64,000 nt of DNA from Gemmatimonadota bacterium (lineage in GTDB: Bacteria > Latescibacterota > UBA2968 > UBA8231), in contig VXML01000020.1 in the NCBI GenBank assembly GCA_009841115.1, forward strand, positions 11,438-75,437. The letters are read 5' to 3'. The notes beneath the pieces are model-generated. The model worked only from the letters and a program-made list of their open reading frames with translations, ran no database searches and was not told where the DNA came from. Each line of letters opens with the position of its first letter. Position 1 is the first letter of the stretch. Both the position numbers and the translations under genes were made by a program. Shown here piece by piece: positions 37,719-46,820 of this stretch.

Positions 37719-39239
37719 TCAGAAGGCCAGCAGCATCGGTCCCATGCGCTCTAGCAAGAGGGTGCGATAGCGCTCGGCCTTGGCCACTTGTAGCCGTTCG
37801 AGCGGGTTGAAGTCGTCGGTGATGAGGTCTCCTCCGGAGGGCATGGGATATTCGTGCGCCGCTAGCCACGCCGCATCCTCAGACTCTAGGGAAATCGGTT
37901 GTCGCGAAACCAAGAAGACAAAGTCGTTAAATGTTTCGCCGGGCAGCGAGACGAGGGCCAGTCGGTGCGGATAAACCTCGCCCAGCGTCCGGTACACGGC
38001 CGCAGCGGCATCGGCTTCTGGTCCTTCGGTGAAGCCGACGAAGTTTAGGGCTAATAGGCCGTCGTCTTTGAGGAGCCGGTCGAGGTCGGCGAGCATCTCA
38101 ACGCTTAGCAGATGGCTGGGCACGGACCCGCCGGTGAAGCAGTCGTGGACGATGAAGTCGTATTGCTGGTTGAGACGGCGGATTTCGTAGCGGGCGTCGC
38201 CGACTAGCAGCGCGCCCGATGGCTCGTAGAGAAAGTATTGCTGCGCGGCTTTGGCTACCTCTGGGTCCAACTCTAAAGCGTCGGTGTCGATGTCTTGCGC
38301 TGCAAATGCCATGGCAATGTAGCCCCCGCCGAGGCCGATCAGTAGTGCGTTGCGCCCCTCCGGGTGCAAGTGAGGCAAGGCGGCGATGATTTTTTGGTAG
38401 CTGAGCACTGGCCCGCGCGTGTCGAGCCGCAGCGCGCTGATGACCGAAGCGTCCGACAGCATCCACCGCACTCGACGGGCGCGGTCATCGACAACCCGCA
38501 CCCAGCCGTAGTGGCTTTCGGCTTGGTGAACTAGGCGATAATCTCCGTGTTCGGTCGGACCTAGGTTGGGCTGTAGCCAGAGTCCTGCGCCGGTGGCAAT
38601 CGCCGCGGCTGCGACCGGTCCTAACCCCGCCTGGCCCCACCGTCGCTCGTACAATGCGACGACGATTGCCAACAAGATCAAGGCTGCGCTAACTCCGTAG
38701 AGAATCACCCGCGACCCAAGGGCTGGCAGTAGGAAAAAGCCCAATAGCAAGGTGCCCACCACGCTGCCGACCGTGCTGACTGCAAAGACCGAGCCGGCTG
38801 CCATACCCACGCCTGCCCGCCGCCGCGCCGCCAGTGCGATCACCTGCGGCCCCACCATCCCGAGGCAGGTCAGCGGCAGAGAAAAAAGCAGCAGGGCACT
38901 GGTAAAAGCCCCAGCGCGCAGCCCTAGATCGTTGGTCCACAGCAAGATCGGGCGGCTGACGAGCGGAATCACAGCCGTTGTCAGCCCGGCGAGTGCTATG
39001 GCGTAGGAAAGCCGGAAGCGCGTCTGTTTATCGGCGACCAAGCCGCCGAGGTAATAGCCCAGTGCCAAGGCGATCAAAGCGACGGATATGAGTGACGACC
39101 ACACGTAGAGACTGACCCCGTAGAAGGGGCCGATGATGCGCGTGCCCAACAGCTCTAGCATCATCACTGCCGCCCCGGAGATGGTTACGGTGCCGTAGAG
39201 CAGCAAGCGATTTTGGTGGTTTAATTGTTCTTCACTCAC
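37719..39239 (-). CDS. Fused MFS/spermidine-synthase-like membrane methyltransferase
   Basis: GAAVMMLELLGTR..PF.G.S..VW, STVGS.VGT, LIGLGGG, ELDPEV, GDAR, D.F. Confidence 0.9.
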   Translation of the reverse strand: MSEEQLNHQNRLLLYGTVTISGAAVMMLELLGTRIIGPFYGVSLYVWSSLISVALIALALGYYLGGLVADKQTRFRLSYAIALAGLTTAVIPLVSRPILLWTNDLGLRAGAFTSALLLFSLPLTCLGMVGPQVIALAARRRAGVGMAAGSVFAVSTVGSVVGTLLLGFFLLPALGSRVILYGVSAALILLAIVVALYERRWGQAGLGPVAAAAIATGAGLWLQPNLGPTEHGDYRLVHQAESHYGWVRVVDDRARRVRWMLSDASVISALRLDTRGPVLSYQKIIAALPHLHPEGRNALLIGLGGGYIAMAFAAQDIDTDALELDPEVAKAAQQYFLYEPSGALLVGDARYEIRRLNQQYDFIVHDCFTGGSVPSHLLSVEMLADLDRLLKDDGLLALNFVGFTEGPEADAAAAVYRTLGEVYPHRLALVSLPGETFNDFVFLVSRQPISLESEDAAWLAAHEYPMPSGGDLITDDFNPLERLQVAKAERYRTLLLERMGPMLLAF

Positions 39240-40590
39240 TGGGTTCTTTTTTCTTAGCCACCTGTACGAGCTGATTGTAGATCTTCATCTCAGCGGCGGC
39301 CCGCGCATCCAGCCCTTGGCTTTTGTAAAGACGGGCAAGATTGAAGCGAGTATCGGCGTTGTCTGGTGCTAGCTTGAGCGCCTTGGCAAAAGCCTGGAAG
39401 GCTTGCTGTAAATCGCCATTCATCAGATAAGCTGAGCCCAGATTGTTAAAGCCTTGGGCATAGCGCGGATTGAGTGCTAGCACGATCTCGTAGTGGTGGA
39501 TCGCTTCGTCAATGCGTCCCTGCCGCAGGAGAGCATTGGCCAAGTTGTTGCGGGCACTGAGGTCTTGGTCGTTGATGCGCAATGCCGCAGCGTACTCGCC
39601 GCCGGCCTCGGCGTAGCGACCAAGCCCTCCGTAGAGCACGCCTAGGTTGTAATGCGCGTTGGCGTCGTCGGGGTAGAGGTTGAGGATATAGCGGAAACGC
39701 TCGATATCGGCGCTGACGGGTTGGATGCGTTTGAACATGGCCAAGAGCTTCTCGCCCCGGTCTTGGTCACCCCGCCGCAAAAAGAGCGTGCCGAGTCGGT
39801 GGTAGGCTTCGCCCTCAAAGGGGTCAAGGGCAATGGCTTGTTTAAAGAAGCGCTCGGCTTCGTCCAAGCGGCCTTGCTGCATGCGGACTTGGCCAAGTCC
39901 AGTATAGGGAGGGGCGTAGTTTGGGTCTAGGCTGATCATGCGCGCGAAGTTAGCCGCAGCCTCCTCGAATAGGCCCTGCTTGCCTTGGATTTGCCCCAGC
40001 CGGAAATAAGCGTCGCCATAGGTGGTGTCTATCTCAGTGGTGCGGGCAAATGCGCGGCTGGCTTCGTCATAGTGCGCCTGCCGCTCATAAACTACGCCCA
40101 AATTGTAGTGAATGGCCGCGTCGTCGGAGTGTTGGAGGGCTTGTTGGAGGGCCTCTATGGCTTCGCTGTAGTGCCCGTCGTCGGCGTAGGCTATGGCGAG
40201 CTTGCGGTAGAAGTCGCCCCGCTCGGCGGTAGCGTGCAGACCCTCTTGATAGATGATTGCAGCATCGGCGTTGCGCCGCTGCCGGATGTAGATGTCGCCC
40301 AAAAGGAGATAGGCATCGGCGTGGTCAGGGGCTAACTGAACGGCTTGCTCGGCCAGTTGCGCCGCCTGCGCTAGATGGCCTTGAACCAGATTGAGGCGGG
40401 CCAAGAGCAAGAGGGCTTCAAGGTGCTGGCTATTGGCTGCGAGTATTTGGTTGCACGCGGCGACGGCGTCGGTGTATTTGCCCTCTGTCGCTAGACGCTT
40501 GGCTTCTGCTAAGTGGTCGTCGGCACCGTCGCAAGCGCAAAGCAATGCACAGGCGAAAAAAACCAGTACTCTATAGCTGAGCCGCGTCAT
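39232..40590 (-). CDS. TPR-repeat lipoprotein
   Basis: LCAC lipobox; many TPR repeats (AHYNLG, ARNNLA, FNNLG). Confidence 0.85.
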   Translation of the reverse strand: MTRLSYRVLVFFACALLCACDGADDHLAEAKRLATEGKYTDAVAACNQILAANSQHLEALLLLARLNLVQGHLAQAAQLAEQAVQLAPDHADAYLLLGDIYIRQRRNADAAIIYQEGLHATAERGDFYRKLAIAYADDGHYSEAIEALQQALQHSDDAAIHYNLGVVYERQAHYDEASRAFARTTEIDTTYGDAYFRLGQIQGKQGLFEEAAANFARMISLDPNYAPPYTGLGQVRMQQGRLDEAERFFKQAIALDPFEGEAYHRLGTLFLRRGDQDRGEKLLAMFKRIQPVSADIERFRYILNLYPDDANAHYNLGVLYGGLGRYAEAGGEYAAALRINDQDLSARNNLANALLRQGRIDEAIHHYEIVLALNPRYAQGFNNLGSAYLMNGDLQQAFQAFAKALKLAPDNADTRFNLARLYKSQGLDARAAAEMKIYNQLVQVAKKKEPSE

Positions 40591-42241
40591 ACATGGTCGC
40601 CAAGTGATCCTCGTAGATGGAGATTTGTGCGGCATATTTTTCCCGCAGGCGGTCAATCAATTCGTTATAGAGGCGATTCTCCTCCTCCTTGGTCCACCAG
40701 TAGCGAACTTGTTTGACCACCTCGTCGTATGGCTTAGGCTTTTCGGGGGTCTTTTCCAGCACCTCAAATAGCGAGAAGCCAGCTTGGCGGTGTGGAGTCG
40801 CAGTGATGGCCACCGGACCAGTGAGCACGCCAACCTCTGCGGCTAGGGCCGCGGTCAACAACTCGCCGAAAACCACCCGCTCGAAGGAGTGGATGTGGAA
40901 GCGGCCCTTGTCGTTGCCTTGGCGGATGCTGTGACTTGTAGCTAAATCGCCTATGGCTTCACCTGCTCGAATGCGTGCTGCTAGCGCCTCCGCCTCTTCG
41001 TGGGTGGCAACTAGGATCTCCTGCACGGTCACTTCTCGATCTTCCATGAAACGGTGCAGATTGGCCTCGTAGTAGCGTCGAAGCACATCTTCGCTCAGAT
41101 CGATGTACTCCTCCACGTCGCGGCGGCGCAGCTCTTCGATGAGCATCGCGCGTTTTTTGCTCCGCAGCCAGTTGGCTATCGCTGGCTCCTGCGCCAAGTC
41201 GCGGCGTTCGATTGCCACGGGGAAAAGCACTTCGGGCACCAGATAGAGCCGAACGAACTCATCAATACCGCTACTGTCAGTGCCCACTGAGGCGACCCGA
41301 CGCACTTTCGGATAGAGGGCTAGGAAGTCAGCTAGCGTTATCTGGCCACCGTCGTAGCGTCCCACAATGCCCTCTGCGTCGATAGCCTCCACATTGTCTT
41401 GGGCGACGATGGCGGCTAGCTCGGAGATACTATGGGAATCTAGTTCGACATTGTATTCTCGCATCAACTCGGCAATGAGCGCTCGCCGACGTTCGCCGAA
41501 GGCGGCCATTAGTGTCCCTTGGGAAAAAATCAAGTAATAGCTGGCTGGCGCGGGACGTTCGTCCAACACCTTATAGATGTCGTAGCCAGCTTCGACCTTC
41601 AGCGGTTCGCTAATCTCGCCTTTAGCGAGTTCGAAGAGCACATCCGCCACATCGAGAGAGACCCCGAACTCTTCGATACTATTTCGTCCAACGTAGGAGT
41701 TCAACGCCCCTTGGAGATTCCCTTGCTGGTGGTAGGTCAGGGGTTGGCCGGACAGTTCCTCAAACGGGGTCCCACTCTCTAGAGCACGCAGGGCTTGGGC
41801 GGCCTCGTCGGCGGTACTCGAGCGGATGCGGGCGAGTTTTAGGAGCCGGTTCCACTTGCTCTCGCCCCACTGCCGCTTTATTTCCTCTTGCGGCAGGTCG
41901 ATTTTGTCTTGGATTTCCAGCTTGACGAATTCTTGGAAGAGCTTTTCTCTTCGCGCCTGTTCCCATTGCTCTATAAAATCTGGGTCGCTATCGATCTGCC
42001 TCTTCCGCGCCTCTAGCAACATGAGTTCCATGTCGATCATCGCTTGGAGATATTCGTCGAATGCAGCGACGCCCTCCCGCTCGGAGAGCAGGAGGGGGGG
42101 CATGTCGCTTTTGAAGTGCTGTAAATTTTCGAAGGTAATAGAGACTTCGCCCACGCGGGCTACGACGTTTTTGTCGCTTTGGGGGGAACTACAGGCAGCG
42201 ATAATGACCAGAGACAAACAACCGATCGCCCGCGCCGTCAT
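40571..42241 (-). CDS. SurA/PrsA-like peptidylprolyl isomerase lipoprotein (two parvulin-like domains)
   Basis: IAAC lipobox, VVARVG, GEISEP, YY..N..RF...V..ILV, LA..HS. Confidence 0.8.
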   Translation of the reverse strand: MTARAIGCLSLVIIAACSSPQSDKNVVARVGEVSITFENLQHFKSDMPPLLLSEREGVAAFDEYLQAMIDMELMLLEARKRQIDSDPDFIEQWEQARREKLFQEFVKLEIQDKIDLPQEEIKRQWGESKWNRLLKLARIRSSTADEAAQALRALESGTPFEELSGQPLTYHQQGNLQGALNSYVGRNSIEEFGVSLDVADVLFELAKGEISEPLKVEAGYDIYKVLDERPAPASYYLIFSQGTLMAAFGERRRALIAELMREYNVELDSHSISELAAIVAQDNVEAIDAEGIVGRYDGGQITLADFLALYPKVRRVASVGTDSSGIDEFVRLYLVPEVLFPVAIERRDLAQEPAIANWLRSKKRAMLIEELRRRDVEEYIDLSEDVLRRYYEANLHRFMEDREVTVQEILVATHEEAEALAARIRAGEAIGDLATSHSIRQGNDKGRFHIHSFERVVFGELLTAALAAEVGVLTGPVAITATPHRQAGFSLFEVLEKTPEKPKPYDEVVKQVRYWWTKEEENRLYNELIDRLREKYAAQISIYEDHLATMYDAAQL

Positions 42242-42242
42242 T

Positions 42243-42998
42243 TCAACTCTTGTCTGCACGCCGAGTCCGGGCGTAGTACACTTCGCGCTGAAAATCATAG
42301 GGTATATCCACGGTTTCCACAGGTGCGTCGCGGAAGTCGAATCTCAGCACCATTTCGCGGACCCACAACGTGAATTCCTCGACGTCGCGGTCGAGTGGGG
42401 GAAAGACCAAATACCCCTCTTTCTCTTGGCCACTGAAGATCATGTCGTCGGCAAACAGGGTGCGCTGCAGGAGATCGCGCCGCGCCTTGAAGCCCTTGCG
42501 CGCATTGCCGCCGTAGGCTTGGGCGTAAGGCCAATAGTACTCGGTCAGGGCGAGGAGAGTGAGCGCCTCATAGCGACGCCCGTTGGGGGCGATCAATTCG
42601 ATGTTGGCTGGATTTAGGCGGACTTTGGGATAGGCGTAGTTTTTGACCTTGACTAAAAAAACGGTAAACCGAGTCGGTGCTTGCTCTTCGCCGGGTGGCG
42701 TCCAATCGCCATAGGTGTAGGGATTGGTCGCCACGGCGTAGGGATTAGGCAAGGTAAAACCCTCAGGGGCTTCTGAGACGCCGGCGAATTGCCGGTTCAG
42801 GGCCTCGGCCGACATGGGCAACATCGCTACTTCTAGACGATCTTTGACGAAAGTGATGCTGTGATCGTCGCCGACCAAGTAGTTGTCATCCGCGATTTCC
42901 GTGGGCACCACCGGACCAGTAAAATGCCGATAGCCAAACTTCAAGCCGCATCCGGCGAGCGCGATTAGCAATAGGAGCAAGCTACCCAATGTCTTCAT
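42243..42998 (-). CDS. Hypothetical lipoprotein
   Basis: LAGC lipobox; NPYTYGDW, RFTVF.VKVKNYAYPKV, EGYLVFP. Confidence 0.8.
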   Translation of the reverse strand: MKTLGSLLLLLIALAGCGLKFGYRHFTGPVVPTEIADDNYLVGDDHSITFVKDRLEVAMLPMSAEALNRQFAGVSEAPEGFTLPNPYAVATNPYTYGDWTPPGEEQAPTRFTVFLVKVKNYAYPKVRLNPANIELIAPNGRRYEALTLLALTEYYWPYAQAYGGNARKGFKARRDLLQRTLFADDMIFSGQEKEGYLVFPPLDRDVEEFTLWVREMVLRFDFRDAPVETVDIPYDFQREVYYARTRRADKS

Positions 42999-43032
42999 GG
43001 CGATCCTCGCTTCTTTGTTGGCTAATACAAGA

Positions 43033-43058
43033 CGAGGAGGGGCGATTGCCCCTCCTCG
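43033..43058 (-). terminator. Intrinsic terminator-like hairpin after gene 43092..44018
   Basis: CGAGGAGGGGC-GATT-GCCCCTCCTCG, perfect 11-bp stem; TCTTGTATT follows on the minus strand. Confidence 0.7.
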
Positions 43059-43091
43059 CTTTGCTAGACGGCTGATGCAATACAGCCTTGT

Positions 43092-44018
43092 TTAGTCGAG
43101 TTGGCTGTCCAAATGGCTCTTGACTCGACCCCAACTTGTGGCTTCGACGGCCGTGACTTCCTCGGGTTCGTCGGCTTCCAACAGGATGTAGTCGAGCATC
43201 TGGTCGCCCTTCTGGTCCTGACCCGTGGCACCGCCCAGCGGATAGAGCTGGTGCTTGGCACCGGTCGCGCCGCCGTCGCCATCGAGCGGACGCACGCCGA
43301 TATGGGTCACTTGATCATTTTCGAATATGTGCCGAATCGCCTCGTCTCGGGTTACGCCGTGGATGTCCCAAAAGGCGTTGCGGAACTCAAAGGTGTACGA
43401 GACGTTGGTCGAGAAATGCTCGGCATCCGGCGGATTGACGGTCCAGGCGATCTCGAAGATGTCGCCCGTAGGCTCGCCCTCAAACATATCCGAACTCCAG
43501 CCGATCGGCGGCAAGTCGATGTATTCGAGCAGGCTGTTGTACGCCACAGGCTGGCCCGGCAGTGGCTTGATGCGCAGGTGATAGCGCTGAGCGTTGAGCA
43601 CCTGATCGATGTTTTCGCCCAAGAAGTCGCCGCCCGAGTGATCCGGATCGAAGGTGATCTGGATGCAGTCGTCGTTCCACCAGCGCTTCTGGTCTTCTTC
43701 GATCAGACGCAGGGTGTCGTCTTGAACGCGGATGAAGAAGTAGAAGCGATTATCCGGCGGCGTGCTCCACGCCATCAGAATGCTGACGTCGTAGTCTTCC
43801 TTGGCGATGGTCTCGCCTCCAGCAGTGAACATGCCCTCGGTGGTGAGGATGAATTCCTCATCCAGCCAGCCCCAATCGTCTTCGAGGCCGTCGATGGTCA
43901 TGGCGCTGGGATTGGGTACGCCTGGGATGAAATACTCAGCGCCGACGTGCGCGTTAGCCGGACTGGCTAAGGCGAACGCTGCGGCGCAAACGACAAAAAG
44001 GAAAAGAGTTTTTTTCAT
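43092..44018 (-). CDS. Secreted CBM9/DOMON-like protein with C-terminal TAVEATSWGRVK motif
   Basis: Signal peptide (..ASPANA-H); TIDG..DDW, V.DD, W.DD..Q..FDPDHSGG. Confidence 0.7.
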   Translation of the reverse strand: MKKTLFLFVVCAAAFALASPANAHVGAEYFIPGVPNPSAMTIDGLEDDWGWLDEEFILTTEGMFTAGGETIAKEDYDVSILMAWSTPPDNRFYFFIRVQDDTLRLIEEDQKRWWNDDCIQITFDPDHSGGDFLGENIDQVLNAQRYHLRIKPLPGQPVAYNSLLEYIDLPPIGWSSDMFEGEPTGDIFEIAWTVNPPDAEHFSTNVSYTFEFRNAFWDIHGVTRDEAIRHIFENDQVTHIGVRPLDGDGGATGAKHQLYPLGGATGQDQKGDQMLDYILLEADEPEEVTAVEATSWGRVKSHLDSQLD

Positions 44019-44077
44019 GAGTTCCCTCCGTGGGAATAGTGGTAAGGCAATCGACGATTCATCCTTTAAGACGCCCT

Positions 44078-44106
44078 ATATTACGTCTTTTAGGAGTGCT
44101 TAGCAA
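44078..44106 (-). promoter_or_regulatory. Internal sigma70-type promoter for gene 43092..44018
   Basis: Minus strand TTGCTA-17 nt-TAATAT. Confidence 0.5.
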
Positions 44107-44128
44107 GTTCAATTTTCGCCGTTTCCGC

Positions 44129-46762
44129 TTACTCTTGCCCAGTGCTGGCGAAAACGCGAATGAACCCAAGCGAGGTGTTGCGCTGCTCGGCTTCGAAGTT
44201 TTGTTCCTCTAGCTGAAGACCCGCATTTAAGGTCAGTTGATAGCCCAAATAGGCCGAAGTATTTGAGAACAAAATCGAATAGACGCGGCTGGTAAAGTCC
44301 TCGACATAACCGACTTGTAGTTCGGCTGGCCGGTCTTGCAAGTTCTCAAACCAACTGAACTCTAGACCGAGCGCGATCCAAGTCTGTTCGAGGATCGCAT
44401 AGCGCGAAATCAAGAACAGGGTTTCCTCTAGCTCGCGGATATTGGCCTGTGATGGATCGGTGGGAGTCTCGCGCCTGAAGGTACTCTTCCACTTGGGCCA
44501 GATGGTCAGATCTGCGCCAATGGGAATGGTGTAGTCGGCTTTGGTAATCAGCCCGAAAAACGAACGGTCGCGCTTGTCGGCCTGCTCACCGCGCTGGTTG
44601 AAAATCTCGTGTTTGACCTTGGCGGTCGCCCTGAGGTTGCGGATGCGGTTGTAGTCCGCCTGTAAGTAGATGCTGTTGACGAAAGTGTCTTGGTTGTCGA
44701 GCGGATCGGTAAAGTCCGTCCGGCCCGTTGGGTCGATCCAACGCAGGCGGTCTTCCGGGATGTTGTCCGACACGAGTTTCGCGTGCTCAAAGAGCGCGAC
44801 CCGCAGGCCCGGGAAGTTCCAGCGCACGGTGAACAAACCGTAGTTGGCCTTGCTCTTGCGCGCTGAGCTTAGCTGGCGCTCGCTCAAGCGGCCAAGGGTT
44901 AGCTGCGCGTCCTCGCTGAGCATCATGCCGCCGTAGGCGTTGTAGCCACGGTGATCGCGGTCGTAGGGATAGTCGGGCTGGCGATCGTCTTCAAAGCGGT
45001 CGATCAGGGTGTTGTTGTTCATGTCCATGCCGAAGAGGAAGGCCGGAGGATCGACCTCATAGCGCAGAAAAGGCTCGTCGTAGTCGGGCCGTGAGTTGCG
45101 GTTTTGATTGAAGTCGGAGACGAAGTCGTTGTTTTCGTCTAGTCCGGGGAACACCGCTAAGTCGGCACCCACCGAGCCACCTGACGCACCCACCCCTGTG
45201 CCGAATTGACCGGCCCGCTGCCAGTCGGCAAAGCGGTCTTGGTCGTCGTTGTCATCAACGAACTCGAAGAGGTGGAAAATTTCGCTGCTGTAATCGATGC
45301 CGCCCAGCGAGTTGGCCATGAACGCGGTCGTGCTGTAATCGGGGTCCATGGTGAACATCTCGCCGTAGGCAAACCACGGATAGGAGGTGTAAGACGCGGT
45401 GAGATAACCGGCCTCTCCCTTGTCCTCGGCGAGGGTATGTTGCTCTAGGTTTTGGTTGGGGAAGCGCCGGAAGCGTCGGTTGCGCACGAACTCGGCGCGT
45501 AGGTCTAGGCCGCCGAGGCTCAGAATCTCGAAATCTACCCCGATTACATCGCTGCCGGTGGGCAACCCGTACTCAAAGCGCAAAAACTGTTGGTTCGACC
45601 CGTCGGATATTTCGCCTTCGGCTTGCGCCACGGGCAAAAAGACGGGGTCGCCCAAGCGATCGGTCTGCACGTTGGACGTGACGGCTACTCGGTAGTCGTT
45701 GGCCAGAATCAACTCGAACTCGATTTTGCTCGCCTCCTGATAGGTCGGCACCTTTTCGGTGGGTCGGAAGCTGTTGCGGATGTCGTAGATCAGTTCGATG
45801 TTGTCCACACCCCTGGCCTCTAAGCTGCCGCCGGTGCGGATCCCGCCGCGGACAATCGGGGTGATTTCAGGGTGAATCTCGCCGTCGATCAGCACTCGAT
45901 CGAAAAACAGTAGCGCGCCATTGTCGCTCGACTCGGGCGAATCGTCTGAGATGAGGATCGTCACGGTCTCGACGCTGCCCGTGTTCTGCGGTGTGGTCAA
46001 GACGCCCTTGAGCGAATTGTCCCCCATGTCGAGGGTGCTGCGCGCGTTGTGGGCGCTGACCCACGTCGCCCCCACCTTGGCAAAGTCGCCTACTTGAGCC
46101 ACACCCCGGCCACCGAGTAAGCGAGTGGAGTTTTCCACGAGGGCCGCGGCCTCAGACTGGGTTCCAGCCGGGTTGGCCGGTGAGCTGATGCGCGAGCCGA
46201 GGAACGTGAATGCGTACTTGTCGGAGAGGAAGTCCCACTGGATGCCGTTAAAGGTCGGCTTGGAGAAAGTCAGTGGGGTCAGGGTGGTGCGAATGGCGTC
46301 GCCTACTGTTAGTGCGGTGTGGAACTGGCCTTTGTGGGCAGACGAGATCACCACGCGGTCGAACCAACTGCTGTAGCGCGGGCTTTTGAAGATGCCGCTG
46401 CCCTGGCGCAGGGGGTTGTTCTCGGTCCAGTCGTAGATCGTCCAGCCGCGGGCGATGTAGTTGCCGAAGGCATCGTAGTGGCGGTTGCCCTCTAGCTGTA
46501 TATCGACGTAGCGCTCGTATTCGTCGCGGGCGTAGTTGCTGTACTCCCAGCCTCGCCAGCCGTATTCGTAGAAGAGATTTTGCGGCAAGTAGAACTTGCG
46601 GCGGTTGGGCGCTAGGGCACCGGGGTGGATACGCACTCCGTAAATTCCTGGCTCGGCTATGGGCCGATAGCCCGTAGTCAACTGAGCTAAAGCGCTGCCC
46701 CAGTCTAGCGCCAGCAAGGCGAGAGCTGCACACAATGCCGATCGGATGCGAGACAAATACAT
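44129..46762 (-). CDS. Large exported protein, probable outer-membrane beta-barrel with Ca-binding Dx(D/N) loops
   Basis: Signal peptide; Tyr/Trp-rich N-terminus; DDNDDQD, DENND..SD.NQN, DMNNN..ID motifs; amphipathic beta-strand pattern in the C-terminal third. Confidence 0.6.
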   Translation of the reverse strand: MYLSRIRSALCAALALLALDWGSALAQLTTGYRPIAEPGIYGVRIHPGALAPNRRKFYLPQNLFYEYGWRGWEYSNYARDEYERYVDIQLEGNRHYDAFGNYIARGWTIYDWTENNPLRQGSGIFKSPRYSSWFDRVVISSAHKGQFHTALTVGDAIRTTLTPLTFSKPTFNGIQWDFLSDKYAFTFLGSRISSPANPAGTQSEAAALVENSTRLLGGRGVAQVGDFAKVGATWVSAHNARSTLDMGDNSLKGVLTTPQNTGSVETVTILISDDSPESSDNGALLFFDRVLIDGEIHPEITPIVRGGIRTGGSLEARGVDNIELIYDIRNSFRPTEKVPTYQEASKIEFELILANDYRVAVTSNVQTDRLGDPVFLPVAQAEGEISDGSNQQFLRFEYGLPTGSDVIGVDFEILSLGGLDLRAEFVRNRRFRRFPNQNLEQHTLAEDKGEAGYLTASYTSYPWFAYGEMFTMDPDYSTTAFMANSLGGIDYSSEIFHLFEFVDDNDDQDRFADWQRAGQFGTGVGASGGSVGADLAVFPGLDENNDFVSDFNQNRNSRPDYDEPFLRYEVDPPAFLFGMDMNNNTLIDRFEDDRQPDYPYDRDHRGYNAYGGMMLSEDAQLTLGRLSERQLSSARKSKANYGLFTVRWNFPGLRVALFEHAKLVSDNIPEDRLRWIDPTGRTDFTDPLDNQDTFVNSIYLQADYNRIRNLRATAKVKHEIFNQRGEQADKRDRSFFGLITKADYTIPIGADLTIWPKWKSTFRRETPTDPSQANIRELEETLFLISRYAILEQTWIALGLEFSWFENLQDRPAELQVGYVEDFTSRVYSILFSNTSAYLGYQLTLNAGLQLEEQNFEAEQRNTSLGFIRVFASTGQE

Positions 46763-46820
46763 GAGATACCCCTCCCTCAAGAGGCTTTGCCGAATGGGCT
46801 AGGAGCTAGCTGCAATTTAG

